From positions 256,001 to 320,000 of the forward strand of contig CAVYLP010000006.1 of the NCBI GenBank assembly GCA_963769425.1: a stretch of 64,000 bases of DNA. The letters are read 5' to 3'. This document shows, one piece after another, positions 39,731-49,668 of this stretch. Numbering within the stretch: the first letter of the stretch is position 1; the number at the start of each line of letters is the position of its first letter. The notes under the pieces were generated by a model. The model worked only from the letters and a program-made list of their open reading frames with translations. It made no database searches and had not been told where the DNA came from. This stretch comes from Candidatus Bathyarchaeota archaeon. Its GTDB lineage: Archaea > Thermoproteota > Bathyarchaeia > TCS64. The translations under genes were made by a program, and so were the position numbers.

Positions 39731-40723
39731 TCACTTATCGGAGTACCTCTCCCTGAGATAAGACAGGGCGTGCCTCCCGAACTCCGCTATGAACTTCTCC
39801 TCGTCTGGGCTACTGCTCCCGATCTCCACCTCGGTGAAGCCGAGAGCGATGATCCTCTCGATCTTCCCTATGAGTCCGTCCATGTCAGTGTAGACGTTCC
39901 CCGCGAGCTTTCGCGGGTCGACGCCGACCCTTAGCCTGTCGAGCTCCCGCGGGTCCGGTATATCATTGCCGTTGTGGACGGGGAGCCACCTGCTGGTCGA
40001 GGCGAGTGCCTTGTCGTAGTCCTCGTCGTAGGAGGCGCTGACCTCGATCATCCTCGGCATATCCTGTGGGTTTCTCCCACTCTCCTTGACTGCCTCCTCG
40101 AACTGACTGATGATCTTGGGCAGGTGCTCCTCGTCGCTGTTTGTAAGGAGGCCGTCCCCTAACTGACCAGCCAACTTGACAGCCTTGGGGCCGGAGGCCG
40201 CGAAATAGAGTGGTATCTTACCCCTCGGCTTCGTGTAGAGCCTCGCCTGATTCAGCCTGAAGTGTTTCCCATCGTAGTCTACAAAGTTCCCTTCCCAGAG
40301 GGACTTGATTATAGTCACGGCCTCCGCCGTCATCTCAAGCCTCTCCTCGTGGGGAGGCCAGATGACGCCGGGGTTCGCCATTGGCATCTCGTTCATCGCC
40401 TCTCCAGTACCGATGGCGAGGAATATCCTGCCAGGGTAGAGCTCCCCTAGGGTGGCGAAAGCCTGGGCGACGATCGCTGGGTTGTACCTGTGGATGCATG
40501 TGGTGACCCCGGTTCCCAGCCCGACCCTGTCAGTCCTCGCTCCAGCGGCTGACAGCCAGATCCAGGCGTGCCCCGCGTGTCCGTCCCTATGGAACCATGG
40601 GTGGAAGTGGTCGTCTATGCAGATGAAGTCGAATCCCTGCACCTCTGCAAGGGCGGCAAAGTCTAGTAGGCGGCTCGGCTGATACATCTCGTCATCCGCA
40701 TGGTACCCGAATCTGACCGACAT
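39731..40723 (-). CDS. LLM-class F420-dependent oxidoreductase (G6PDH-F420-like subfamily)
   Basis: DDHFHPW, GTGVT, RYNPAIVAQAFATL, GTGEAMNE and AASGP motifs. Confidence 0.88.
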   Translation of the reverse strand: MSVRFGYHADDEMYQPSRLLDFAALAEVQGFDFICIDDHFHPWFHRDGHAGHAWIWLSAAGARTDRVGLGTGVTTCIHRYNPAIVAQAFATLGELYPGRIFLAIGTGEAMNEMPMANPGVIWPPHEERLEMTAEAVTIIKSLWEGNFVDYDGKHFRLNQARLYTKPRGKIPLYFAASGPKAVKLAGQLGDGLLTNSDEEHLPKIISQFEEAVKESGRNPQDMPRMIEVSASYDEDYDKALASTSRWLPVHNGNDIPDPRELDRLRVGVDPRKLAGNVYTDMDGLIGKIERIIALGFTEVEIGSSSPDEEKFIAEFGRHALSYLRERYSDK

Positions 40724-40936
40724 ACTGAATCAACTTAATGCTTTTATCCTAATTTATTAAAGAGAATCACCGGGTTGAACAGTGGCTAGGTAAATCTGGG
40801 ATAATCAAGCGTTCTTGGATGTCAGACTTTCACCGATGCGGCGTCCACACGCGACGCCTAAAGAAAGAACGTGTCCAACAAAGGACTTGATAAATAGTTG
40901 CGCGCGTATCGGAATCAGTATTCAGGGGAACTTTCC

Positions 40937-41941
40937 GTGAAGAAGCTGATCAACAGACCAGGTGATGAAGTTAGAGAGATGCTGGAGGGAATGGTCCTCG
41001 CCTATCCGGGGATCATTAGGAAGATCCCTGAGTGGAACACGCTTGTTAGGCCCGAGGCTCCAATAGTGGGTAAGGTTGCGTTGGTGAGTGGTGGTGGTAG
41101 TGGTCATGAGCCCGCCCACGCGGGTTACGTTGGCATGGGGATGCTGACCGCTGCTTGCTGTGGTGAGGTCTTCACTTCACCGCCTGTCCCCCAGATCCTC
41201 GCCGCGATAAAGGCCGTTGAGGGGGGTGTGGGTACGCTTCTGATAATAAAGAATTACTCGGGGGATGTGATGAACTTCAGGGCAGCCGCGCAGATTGCGC
41301 GGAGCAGTGGGGTAAGAATCGACTGGGTCATCGTCAACGACGACGTGGCTATCGATAAGCCAGAGCTACGTAGGGGTATCGCGGGGACAGTCTGCGTTCA
41401 AAAGTGTGCCGGGGCGAGGGCTGAGGAGGGCGCAACGCTTGATGAGGTAAAAGCAGTTGCTCAGAAGGTCATCGCTAACGTAAGATCCATGGGCTGTGCC
41501 ATCACTCCATGCATTGTGCCTAGGGCGGGAATATCAAGCTTCGACCTTGGGTCGGACGAGATGGAACTGGGGACAGGGATACACGGCGAACGCGGCGTGA
41601 AACGAGTAAAGATGATGACCGCTGACGATGTCGCCGACACCCTAACGAATGCCTGCGCCAAGGACTTGGGTCTGCAGTCAGGTGACGAGGTTGCAGTCCT
41701 CGCTCAAGGAAACGGGGGGACTCCTTACATGGAGAAGCTCATCTTCTACAGGCGGGTTCACAAGAACCTGATCGAGAAGGGAGTCAAGATCCAAACGTCT
41801 TGGATAGGCGAGTTCATGTCGTCACTTGAGATGGCTGGAGTCTCAGTCACCCTCCTTAAGTTGGACGACGAGCTGAAGAGACTCCTAGCGGCGCCGTCGG
41901 AGACGATGGCTATCAAACAGCCCGGCCCGATATTATTTTAA
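40937..41941 (+). CDS. dhaK: Dihydroxyacetone kinase subunit K
   Basis: KKLIN, SGGGSGHEPAHAGYVG, KNYSGD, RRGIAG and GIHGE motifs. Confidence 0.93.
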   Translation: MKKLINRPGDEVREMLEGMVLAYPGIIRKIPEWNTLVRPEAPIVGKVALVSGGGSGHEPAHAGYVGMGMLTAACCGEVFTSPPVPQILAAIKAVEGGVGTLLIIKNYSGDVMNFRAAAQIARSSGVRIDWVIVNDDVAIDKPELRRGIAGTVCVQKCAGARAEEGATLDEVKAVAQKVIANVRSMGCAITPCIVPRAGISSFDLGSDEMELGTGIHGERGVKRVKMMTADDVADTLTNACAKDLGLQSGDEVAVLAQGNGGTPYMEKLIFYRRVHKNLIEKGVKIQTSWIGEFMSSLEMAGVSVTLLKLDDELKRLLAAPSETMAIKQPGPILF

Positions 41942-41990
41942 ACCCTAACCCTTTCCTCTCGATGTGACAACGAGATCCTAGTGATGGACA

Positions 41991-42707
41991 TTGCCAGCGG
42001 AAAAGATCGATTCACCCATGCTTATCCGGATGATGAATAACATCCTCGGGGTGATGACGACGAACGAAGACTATTTGACCCGCCTCGACGCCGAGATTGG
42101 GGACGCGGACCACGGCATAAACATGGTCAGGGGATTCACGCTTGTGCACGAAAGGCTTGCGAGCCTCGTCGACCCGGATGTGGAAACGGTCCTCACCACG
42201 GTCGGGATGGCGCTGATGGAGGGGGCAGGTGGCTCAGCCGGAGCGCTTTACGGGACGTTCTTCGCCCAGGGGGGCCAATCTTTGCATGGGCTAAAGGGGA
42301 TGGATAAGAGGGCTCTCGCCCTCCTGTTCTCCTCCGGGTACGCCTCCTTGCAGGAGATGAGCGGCGGGACCAAGCCAGGTGAGAAGACGATGATCGACGC
42401 ACTTGACCCCGCGGTGAGATCGTTGAACGAATCGGCGGGGGACGATCGAGTTACACTCGGGGAAGCCCTCGATATGGCCGTCAGCGCAGCGAGGAGGGGG
42501 ATGCAGAGCACCATTGGGCTCGTGGCGACGAAGGGGAGAGCCGCTTACCTGGGTGAGAGGAGCGTCAACCACCAGGACATCGGCGCGACGACAACGTATC
42601 TCATGCTTCGGACTATGGATGATACCTTCAATGGAAGACCAGGTGTTAGGGTAACGAAGTATGGCACGAATGGGATGATTCTCGAAGAGGAAAATCTTCT
42701 GCATTAG
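41991..42707 (+). CDS. dhaL: Dihydroxyacetone kinase subunit L
   Basis: LDAEIGDADHG, GGSAGALYG, GEKTMIDAL, KGRAAYLGERS and DIGA motifs. Confidence 0.92.
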   Translation: MPAEKIDSPMLIRMMNNILGVMTTNEDYLTRLDAEIGDADHGINMVRGFTLVHERLASLVDPDVETVLTTVGMALMEGAGGSAGALYGTFFAQGGQSLHGLKGMDKRALALLFSSGYASLQEMSGGTKPGEKTMIDALDPAVRSLNESAGDDRVTLGEALDMAVSAARRGMQSTIGLVATKGRAAYLGERSVNHQDIGATTTYLMLRTMDDTFNGRPGVRVTKYGTNGMILEEENLLH

Positions 42708-42798
42708 AATCCGTCATCAGTTTTGCCCTCATAATGCGCATAAAACTGGCATATTGACTCAACCATCAATATCCGGTTTTTGACCTATTCAGAATAGA

Positions 42799-42875
42799 TG
42801 GTGGGCCGGGCCGGACTTGAACCGGCGACCTCCGCGGTGTGAACGCGGCGTTCCACCAAGCTAGACTACCGGCCC
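42799..42875 (-). tRNA. tRNA-Val (anticodon CAC), intronless, CCA encoded
   Basis: Reverse complement GGGCCGG...CCGCG-TTCACAC-CGCGG...GGTTCAAGTCC...CCGGCCCACCA forms a cloverleaf. Confidence 0.96.
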
Positions 42876-43753
42876 ACAGCACCACTAGGGAACCCGACGT
42901 AATAAAATCCTTTTCGCCCCCCAAACTAGACAATACAATAACGTTTAGAGAAAAAGTAAAAGTCGAAATAAAAGCAAAACGAAGGGCATAAACTAAAAAT
43001 AGTGTTCTCAGACGAGCGGAGGCTTGAAAGGAATCTTGAGAAACACGCGCTGAATCAAGCAAAAGACGTGCCCATACCATCAACCAACTAAGCTCAGTTT
43101 CTAAAAACCAACATTAGCGTGTAGAAAGGTGGTAGTTTTCAGGTCCCCTGTAACCAGTAGGGGGTATAACTAAAAAAAATTCAGCATTAACGATCCAATG
43201 CCCTGTCTTCTCCAGCCAAGCGGAGTCTCATAAAAGGAGCGATTATCAATACCCCTTGCTCAAGTAGTATATCATATCTAAAAAATCAGTTTCCTTTTTT
43301 AAAGCCTTGAAGTGTGTATAGAAAAGAAGCTGTTTTCAAATCTCCCTTGTCAATATGGCATATGATATTCAGAAAAAAACAATCAATCTATCCTCCGTAA
43401 ATTGATGTTTGTGGAAAGCAACTAGTTGGAGGTACAGCCTACAGATAAGCTAGCCAAGTACAGGCAGAACCTTGCAGTCCTTGGCCAGAGCAAAGTATAC
43501 CTCTACCGGCGCAGCGACTGCCTGGATTCCCAGCAGCTGAAGAGGGAGGGGAGGCTCATGAGGCGGGTGAGGCTACGATTCAGTATATTTTAGCCACATA
43601 AACAAACGGTGGAGAACATTGACTAAAATCCAGTCTGACCCAAGCTTATCCCATCAGTTAAACATGAATGATAGATCCGACCCACCTTTTATACTCAGAG
43701 GAATATCGTAGATAAGTTTAAAATATCCAGATGAGTTGCGCTATGAGAACAAC

Positions 43754-44032
43754 ATGGTCGTAAAAGTCGCAACCCCAGTCGAGATCGTCGATGGAATAAG
43801 CTTCCGCCTCAGGACCGACCAGATAGTCATCCTCGACGGCTTAACCGCACCCGCCAAGAACAGCGAACAGGAGAAGAAGGCGATGGCCAAGTTGGGTGAG
43901 CTGGTGCTCAAGAAGAAGGTATCATATGAGGGACACAGCATCGACGCATTCGGCCGCACGAAGGCTGAGGCGAAGCTGGAGGACGGAACGGACGTCAACA
44001 AGAAGATGGCCGAGTTTCTAGCCACACTGTAA
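43754..44032 (+). CDS. Thermonuclease (SNase)-fold protein, probably catalytically degenerate
   Basis: IVDGISF...ILDGLTAP...AMAKLGELVLKKKV...DAFGRTKA...DGTDVNKKM follows the SNase pattern. Confidence 0.7.
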   Translation: MVVKVATPVEIVDGISFRLRTDQIVILDGLTAPAKNSEQEKKAMAKLGELVLKKKVSYEGHSIDAFGRTKAEAKLEDGTDVNKKMAEFLATL

Positions 44033-44201
44033 AATCCACCACACCTTAAAATTATTACCCTCAAGTTTCTACCCGGAAACCATTAAACCCCCAAGCCGCA
44101 ACCATCCCCCCTATGAGCGACCGTTTTCTACACCCAGACCAGTGCGAGACCCTCACCAAGTTCAATAGGAACCTCCTCATGTACCCTGTGAAGGACTAGC
44201 T

Positions 44202-44552
44202 ATGGACCTCCTCGCCCCGACCACCATAGCAGGTGCCGTCCTCATAGCGCTTGGACTCTACTACGTCGTATTTTGGTGGAGTTATTGGAAGGTCAACTAC
44301 AAGGGGAAGCTGGTCACGGGCGGCCCGTACACGATCGTCCGCCACCCATACTACTTCGGCTTTCTACTCCTCACCACGGGCCTCGTTGTCATCCTCCCCA
44401 TGGTGGAGACGATAGGTCTCGCTCTCGTGTCGTGGGGCGTCATAGTGTCCCAGATAGGGAAGGAGGAGGAGGACCTCATCAAGAAGTACGGGAGCAAGTA
44501 CAAGGAGTATCAGAAGCGCGTCAAGTGGCGCCTTATCCCGGGTGTATATTAG
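44202..44552 (+). CDS. Isoprenylcysteine carboxyl-methyltransferase / PEMT-family membrane protein
   Basis: LVTGGPYTIVRHPYYFG and EEEDLIKKYG..Y.EY...V.WRLIP motifs. Confidence 0.88.
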   Translation: MDLLAPTTIAGAVLIALGLYYVVFWWSYWKVNYKGKLVTGGPYTIVRHPYYFGFLLLTTGLVVILPMVETIGLALVSWGVIVSQIGKEEEDLIKKYGSKYKEYQKRVKWRLIPGVY

Positions 44553-44589
44553 CAACCGATTTCTACCCAGCAGCCCCAATTCTTACGTC

Positions 44590-45243
44590 ATGAGCGAGTT
44601 AGTGGACTACTATAGGCAGAGGGCTAAGGAGTACGAGGACGTCTACTACTGGATGGACCCCCACCGCCAGGAAGAACAGACAATCATGGCGAACACAATA
44701 AAGGCCACCCTAGTCGGGCGCGACGTACTCGACGTTGCTTGCGGGACCGGGTGGTGGGACCGGATCCTGTCGGAGACGGCCAAGAGCATAACGGGGCTCG
44801 ATATAAACGAGGATGTTCTCGAGATAGCCAAGACGAAGGAGTATAGGTGCCCCACCCGATTCCAGGTGGGGGACGCCTATGAGCCACCCTACCCGCCCGC
44901 CAGCTTCAACGGGGTCATCGCCACCTTCTGGATAAGCCACATCCCGAAGGCGAAGCTCCACGTGTGGATCGATACCCTCCATAGAGTCCTGAAGCCCGGG
45001 TCGAGGGTCTTCCTCGCGGACAACACGAACATACCCGGTATCGGCGGCCCAGTTGTTACCAAGGAGGGGGACAAGAACACGTACAAGCTTCGCACCCTCA
45101 AGGATGGGAGCCAGCACATGGTCCTCAAAAACTACTACTCGACAAGCGAGTTAATCGATGTGTTCGCGAAGCATGTGAAGGGCTTCGGTGAGGAGAACAC
45201 CTTCAAAGGCAACTGCTTCTACTGGGTAAACTACCGGCTCTAA
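44590..45243 (+). CDS. Class I SAM-dependent methyltransferase
   Basis: [30 protein letters not shown] and LKPG motifs. Confidence 0.9.
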   Translation: MSELVDYYRQRAKEYEDVYYWMDPHRQEEQTIMANTIKATLVGRDVLDVACGTGWWDRILSETAKSITGLDINEDVLEIAKTKEYRCPTRFQVGDAYEPPYPPASFNGVIATFWISHIPKAKLHVWIDTLHRVLKPGSRVFLADNTNIPGIGGPVVTKEGDKNTYKLRTLKDGSQHMVLKNYYSTSELIDVFAKHVKGFGEENTFKGNCFYWVNYRL

Positions 45244-45401
45244 TTCTTCACCCTGAAGGCTTCCTTCGGAGCCCCGCAGACGGGGCAGACCCAGGTGTCG
45301 GGTATCTTCTCAAAGGGTGTACCAGGGGCGACGCCCGACGGGGGATCCCCCTCAGCGGGGTCGTAGATGTAGCCGCAGACCGTGCACTCGTACTTGTCCA
45401 T
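45240..45401 (-). CDS. Rubredoxin (below the ORF-track size cutoff)
   Basis: Manual translation [53 protein letters not shown]. Confidence 0.95.
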   Translation of the reverse strand: MDKYECTVCGYIYDPAEGDPPSGVAPGTPFEKIPDTWVCPVCGAPKEAFRVKN

Positions 45402-45487
45402 GGTATGGTTCCAGCAACGCCACGATTTAAATGGAGAGTGTAGGAGAGAAAAAGTCGGAGATTCTACTTTTAAAAAAGTTGGGAGGA

Positions 45488-46246
45488 CTACTCTTTGACG
45501 GTACCGATGTCCTTTGCCTCGACGGCGCCGAGGTACATCTCGTTAAGCTGCGGGTGGTTCGCAAGTGCGTCTGCCGCGCCTGAGAAGGTGAACCTTCCTC
45601 CGCGCATCATGTATGCCTTGTCGCCGACTTGAAGGGCGCGCTTCGCGCGCTGCTCGACGAGCACGATGGGAAGACCCGTCGTCTCGGCCATCTGTTCGAG
45701 CTGCTTCATGACATCGTTGACTAGCTTCGGCATGAGTCCGGCGGTCGGCTCGTCCACCATCATGAGTTTGGGGTCCCTCATGAGGACCATGCCCTCGGCG
45801 AGCATCTGGCGCTCACCGCCGCTCAGCGTACCAGCCGCGCGGGGCATGTACTCCTTGAGCCTAGGGAACAGGTTGAAGACGAACTCCAGTTTGTCGGAGT
45901 ACATCTTGGAGTTGTTCACCGTGTAGGCAGCCATCTTAAGGTTGTCCTCGACCGTGAGCTTGCTGAAGATGTTACCCGTCTGGGGCATGTAGCCTATCCC
46001 CATCTTCGTCCTCTCGTAGGGCGGGATGTTCGTGATGTCCTTGCCCTGGAAGATGACCTGGCCGGAGTAGACTGTTGCGAGTCCCATGATCGCCTTTAGG
46101 AGCGTCGTCTTACCCACGCCGTTGGGGCCTACGATGACGGTGACCTCACCATCGGGGACCTCGAAATCGAGATCATAGATGACGTGAATAGGGCCGTAGC
46201 CGACGTTCAATCCCTTTGTCTCTAGTATGTTACCCATTTTATTCAC
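45488..46246 (-). CDS. livF: Branched-chain amino acid ABC ATPase (LivF-like)
   Basis: [28 protein letters not shown] and LVEQ motifs. Confidence 0.88.
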   Translation of the reverse strand: MNKMGNILETKGLNVGYGPIHVIYDLDFEVPDGEVTVIVGPNGVGKTTLLKAIMGLATVYSGQVIFQGKDITNIPPYERTKMGIGYMPQTGNIFSKLTVEDNLKMAAYTVNNSKMYSDKLEFVFNLFPRLKEYMPRAAGTLSGGERQMLAEGMVLMRDPKLMMVDEPTAGLMPKLVNDVMKQLEQMAETTGLPIVLVEQRAKRALQVGDKAYMMRGGRFTFSGAADALANHPQLNEMYLGAVEAKDIGTVKE

Positions 46247-46997
46247 CTAGGTATGCCTCGATGACTCGGGGGTCCTCGAATACTTCCTCTGCCGTCCCCT
46301 CGATGACTAGCTGGCCACGGTCCATTGCGAAGACGTGGTCAGCGTACTGGGCTGCGACCTCGAGTCTGTGCTCGATGACTAGGAAGGTGATGCCGAGCTC
46401 GTCACGGAGTCTGAGGACGTGGTTGAAGATCTGGTGGCAGAGCTTGGGGTCAATGCTGCCGACGGGCTCGTCTAGCAGGATTGTCTCCGCTCCCGACATC
46501 AGGGTTCTGCCAATCTCAAGTAGCTTTAGCTCACCACCGCTGAGGGTATTTGCTGGTTTATTCCAGACATGTTTTAGCCCAAGCACCTTTAGAAGTTCCG
46601 AAGCTCTTCTGACTGCGTCGATCTCGCTGTCGATCCAAGTGGGCTTAGCGAGGGACTTGAAGAGGTTCTCGCCTGCATTGTCCGGCAGTGCGACAAGCAT
46701 ATTCTCCAAGGCAGTCAATCTGAGGAATGGTGCAGCGATTTGGAAGGTTCTCACGAGTCCTCTACGAGAGATCCTGTACATCTCCTCATGAGTAATGTCC
46801 TCGTCTCTGTAGTAGATGTGCCCTTCTTCGGGGTGGAAAAGGCCTGAAATACAGTTGGTGAGCGTCGATTTACCACAGCCGTTAGGGCCTACGAGGAGGT
46901 AAATGCCTCCTTCCTTTAGGCCGATGCTGATGCCATCAACGGCTGCGAATCGACCAAAATACTTTCTGACGTTCTCGATTCTGAGAATCTCCGACAT
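46239..46997 (-). CDS. livG: Branched-chain amino acid ABC ATPase (LivG-like)
   Basis: GPNGCGKST, GLVRTFQ, IEH and [10 protein letters not shown] motifs. Confidence 0.88.
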   Translation of the reverse strand: MSEILRIENVRKYFGRFAAVDGISIGLKEGGIYLLVGPNGCGKSTLTNCISGLFHPEEGHIYYRDEDITHEEMYRISRRGLVRTFQIAAPFLRLTALENMLVALPDNAGENLFKSLAKPTWIDSEIDAVRRASELLKVLGLKHVWNKPANTLSGGELKLLEIGRTLMSGAETILLDEPVGSIDPKLCHQIFNHVLRLRDELGITFLVIEHRLEVAAQYADHVFAMDRGQLVIEGTAEEVFEDPRVIEAYLGE

Positions 46998-47119
46998 ACC
47001 AGCATCAACTAACGTATCAGTACCCTGTGAAGAGTTTAAATAGTTTTGCAGAGTCCTTTTTAAGGGTTATTTTTGATTTTAAAAAAAATGAAGAAAAGAG
47101 ACTAGGTAGGTTAGTGAGT

Positions 47120-48466
47120 TTATGGCCCGATGGGCGTGAATCCGAGGACGGCTGGGAAGAAGACTGTTCCTTCTCCTTCCTTGATCTCCTCGGCGTCAGG
47201 GTTGTACTGCGCCATGATTATACTCACCGAGGCCTTCGTGGCACTCGGGTAGAAGCCCCATACATCGTAAGATGGACCGATCCTGTCGCCGGTCGCGTCG
47301 AGGCGGCAAGAACCTGCGGAGCCGAACGTCTGGTCTGCAGTGGGCTTCTGTAGCGGGACTAGTACGGCACCTGAAGTGCTCTGAGTCTGATACATCGAGT
47401 TCGTCATCACCTCTGCAACGTCGAAAGCGTAAGCACTGTAAGCGCTGAACTGCTGTTTGGTTAGAGCCACATATCTGCTTTCGAGGCTATTGTATAGAGG
47501 GGTTAGTTCCTGACGTGATAGTAGGCTGTAGATGCCGATGTGGTTCGCCTCATCGGGAGCATCATCCATGGCACGCTGACTGATAGCGGTCCCGTCGCTG
47601 CCCCACCAGTGGACGTTGTAGATGTTCGGGTAGCTGCTCACCTGCTTGAGGATGACGGAGATCTCGTTGAAGGAGAGTATCACCACGCCGACCCTCTGAG
47701 TCTCGCCGCCGTTAGCTGCAACCGCAGCTGCTACCTGCTGGTCAGCGACCGTCAAGTAGTTCGAGAACTCCGTCGCCTCAGCCGCGTACCTGATCTTGTC
47801 ACCGGCGATGTTTCCGCCCTTCGCCGTCCAGGCGGGGACCAGGAGGTTGATGATGCCGTCACCCCAAGAGTCGCCGCGCTGGAAGAGGACGAGGCTCTTC
47901 ACGCCGGCCGCCCACATGATGTTCACCATCGCGGGTGCGAGGTGGCTGTCGGCGGTGCACATGCGGAAGAGGTTGTCGTTAGCGATCGCGAGCGTCGGGG
48001 AGGTGGAGGACGTGCTCCACATGAGCATGCCGTTTGAGTTGCAGTAGCTGAGGGCCGATTCGGCCTCGGCCGACCAGCCTCCACCCTCGAAGACGGTGAC
48101 TCCTGCTGACTTGAAGCCCTGAACCTTCTCGAGGTGGGTGTTTGCCTGACCCTGGGCGTCGTCGACAAGGTACGTGAACGTTGTTCCGTAGCCAAGTATC
48201 TGGCTATACGCGTTCATGTCGGTGGCGATTATCTGCTCGTGGTATGGTTTACCGACCTCTAGGGCCGTCGTGTCAGATGCTATGTAGCCGATCTTGACCG
48301 CAGCATCCTTCAGGGGGATCACCGTCTGAATCTGAACGGTGGGTACAATTATATTGCTTCCCGGAGTGGTCCCACCCTGTGGTGCGGCGAAGTATCCGAT
48401 GCCTCCGCCTACGATCAAGCCAGCGACTAATAGCACTATTGCTAGTGTCATTCCTTTATCTGCCAA
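47120..48466 (-). CDS. Liv-type ABC substrate-binding protein, membrane-anchored
   Basis: N-terminal TM anchor; SSTSPTL...DNLFRM, DSWGDG and YSAYAFD periplasmic-binding-protein motifs. Confidence 0.88.
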   Translation of the reverse strand: MADKGMTLAIVLLVAGLIVGGGIGYFAAPQGGTTPGSNIIVPTVQIQTVIPLKDAAVKIGYIASDTTALEVGKPYHEQIIATDMNAYSQILGYGTTFTYLVDDAQGQANTHLEKVQGFKSAGVTVFEGGGWSAEAESALSYCNSNGMLMWSTSSTSPTLAIANDNLFRMCTADSHLAPAMVNIMWAAGVKSLVLFQRGDSWGDGIINLLVPAWTAKGGNIAGDKIRYAAEATEFSNYLTVADQQVAAAVAANGGETQRVGVVILSFNEISVILKQVSSYPNIYNVHWWGSDGTAISQRAMDDAPDEANHIGIYSLLSRQELTPLYNSLESRYVALTKQQFSAYSAYAFDVAEVMTNSMYQTQSTSGAVLVPLQKPTADQTFGSAGSCRLDATGDRIGPSYDVWGFYPSATKASVSIIMAQYNPDAEEIKEGEGTVFFPAVLGFTPIGP

Positions 48467-48708
48467 GTTTTACACCTTTGTTTGTCGCGTTAGTAAACTT
48501 CGTCATATTATATTTAAGACTTGACATAATATATGAGAAAATGAATTATTTTTCGATTAATAGAGGAAATATATATTAAGGGAAAAATATGTATGATTCT
48601 TGTTAATTATATCGAATTAATTAGTACATTTTTAAACGTTATTGTAATATATTCTGGTTTTATGACAAATATTATAAATGAAATAAGTGTGAAGTTTTGC
48701 GGAGAAAA

Positions 48709-49668
48709 ATGGACCTAACGATTATTTATATGGCCATCACGTACGCAAGCGAGTTAACCCTTCTAAGCATCGGTTTTACTCTCACGTACCTCACTGCTAA
48801 AATACCAAACTTTGCTCACGGAACATATGCCGGCTTCGGTATATATGTGAGCTACACATTCGCCAAGTTCTTCGGAATAAACCCATATCTTGGTTTCCCA
48901 ATCGCCTTTATTGTAGGCGGTATAATTAGCGTAGTCGTCTTCAAACTCGTAATCAGCACGCTAACTAAGATGGGTAGTGGTTCCATAGTCTTAACAATCG
49001 CAACACTTGCTATTCAGATATTCTTGGGAGCGCTGCTAAACATATATGCGTATATGTTTATCAACTTCTTCAAGCAGTACGCGACTGCGTTCCTCCTCAA
49101 GGATTATGACTTCAAGATTGGAGATATCTCGGGCATATTCTTTGTATCGATCGGGATAAGCATCGCGACTGTTATCGCACTTCACTACTTACTCACTAGA
49201 ACAAAGATGGGCATCGCCATGAGGGCGACCGCCGAAGACACCGAGCTCGCCTCGGTACTTGGTATCAACATCAACAATGTACAGCTATTCTCTTGGTTCC
49301 TGACTGGTGGACTCGCATGCCTCGCGGGGGCCATGATCCCGTTCTGGCTTCAGAGTAGCCCAACGACGGGCTCAGGCATCATCACGAGCATCATGGCAGG
49401 AAGTCTATTGGGAGGCTTTGAGAGTATCTATGGAGCTATTATCGGAGGCTTCACCATCGGGCTGTCCGAGATACTGCTCACACTAGCTGGGCAGTTATTG
49501 CTCGGTAACTGGTTCGGTGAGTATAGACCACTCATACCAATGTTCTTCCTAATCGCTGTCTTGCTTATAGAGCCAAGGGGCATACAGGGCTTCTATGAAC
49601 GCTACCAGAGAAGAAGGAGCAAACCAAAAACAACGGAACCCGAGAAGAAAAAGGAGGATGAGAAGTGA
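48709..49668 (+). CDS. livH: Branched-chain amino acid ABC permease (LivH-like)
   Basis: IPNFAHG, TKMGIAMRATAED...GINI and LLGGFESIYG motifs. Confidence 0.9.
   Translation: MDLTIIYMAITYASELTLLSIGFTLTYLTAKIPNFAHGTYAGFGIYVSYTFAKFFGINPYLGFPIAFIVGGIISVVVFKLVISTLTKMGSGSIVLTIATLAIQIFLGALLNIYAYMFINFFKQYATAFLLKDYDFKIGDISGIFFVSIGISIATVIALHYLLTRTKMGIAMRATAEDTELASVLGININNVQLFSWFLTGGLACLAGAMIPFWLQSSPTTGSGIITSIMAGSLLGGFESIYGAIIGGFTIGLSEILLTLAGQLLLGNWFGEYRPLIPMFFLIAVLLIEPRGIQGFYERYQRRRSKPKTTEPEKKKEDEK

Noticed and set aside
37309-42799. Integrative element or provirus at tRNA-Val
   Set aside because: No integrase and no duplicated tRNA 3' end (att site) was found by eye.
42766-43083. 105-aa minus-strand ORF
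   Set aside because: It runs through the tRNA-Val gene and has no recognisable protein features.
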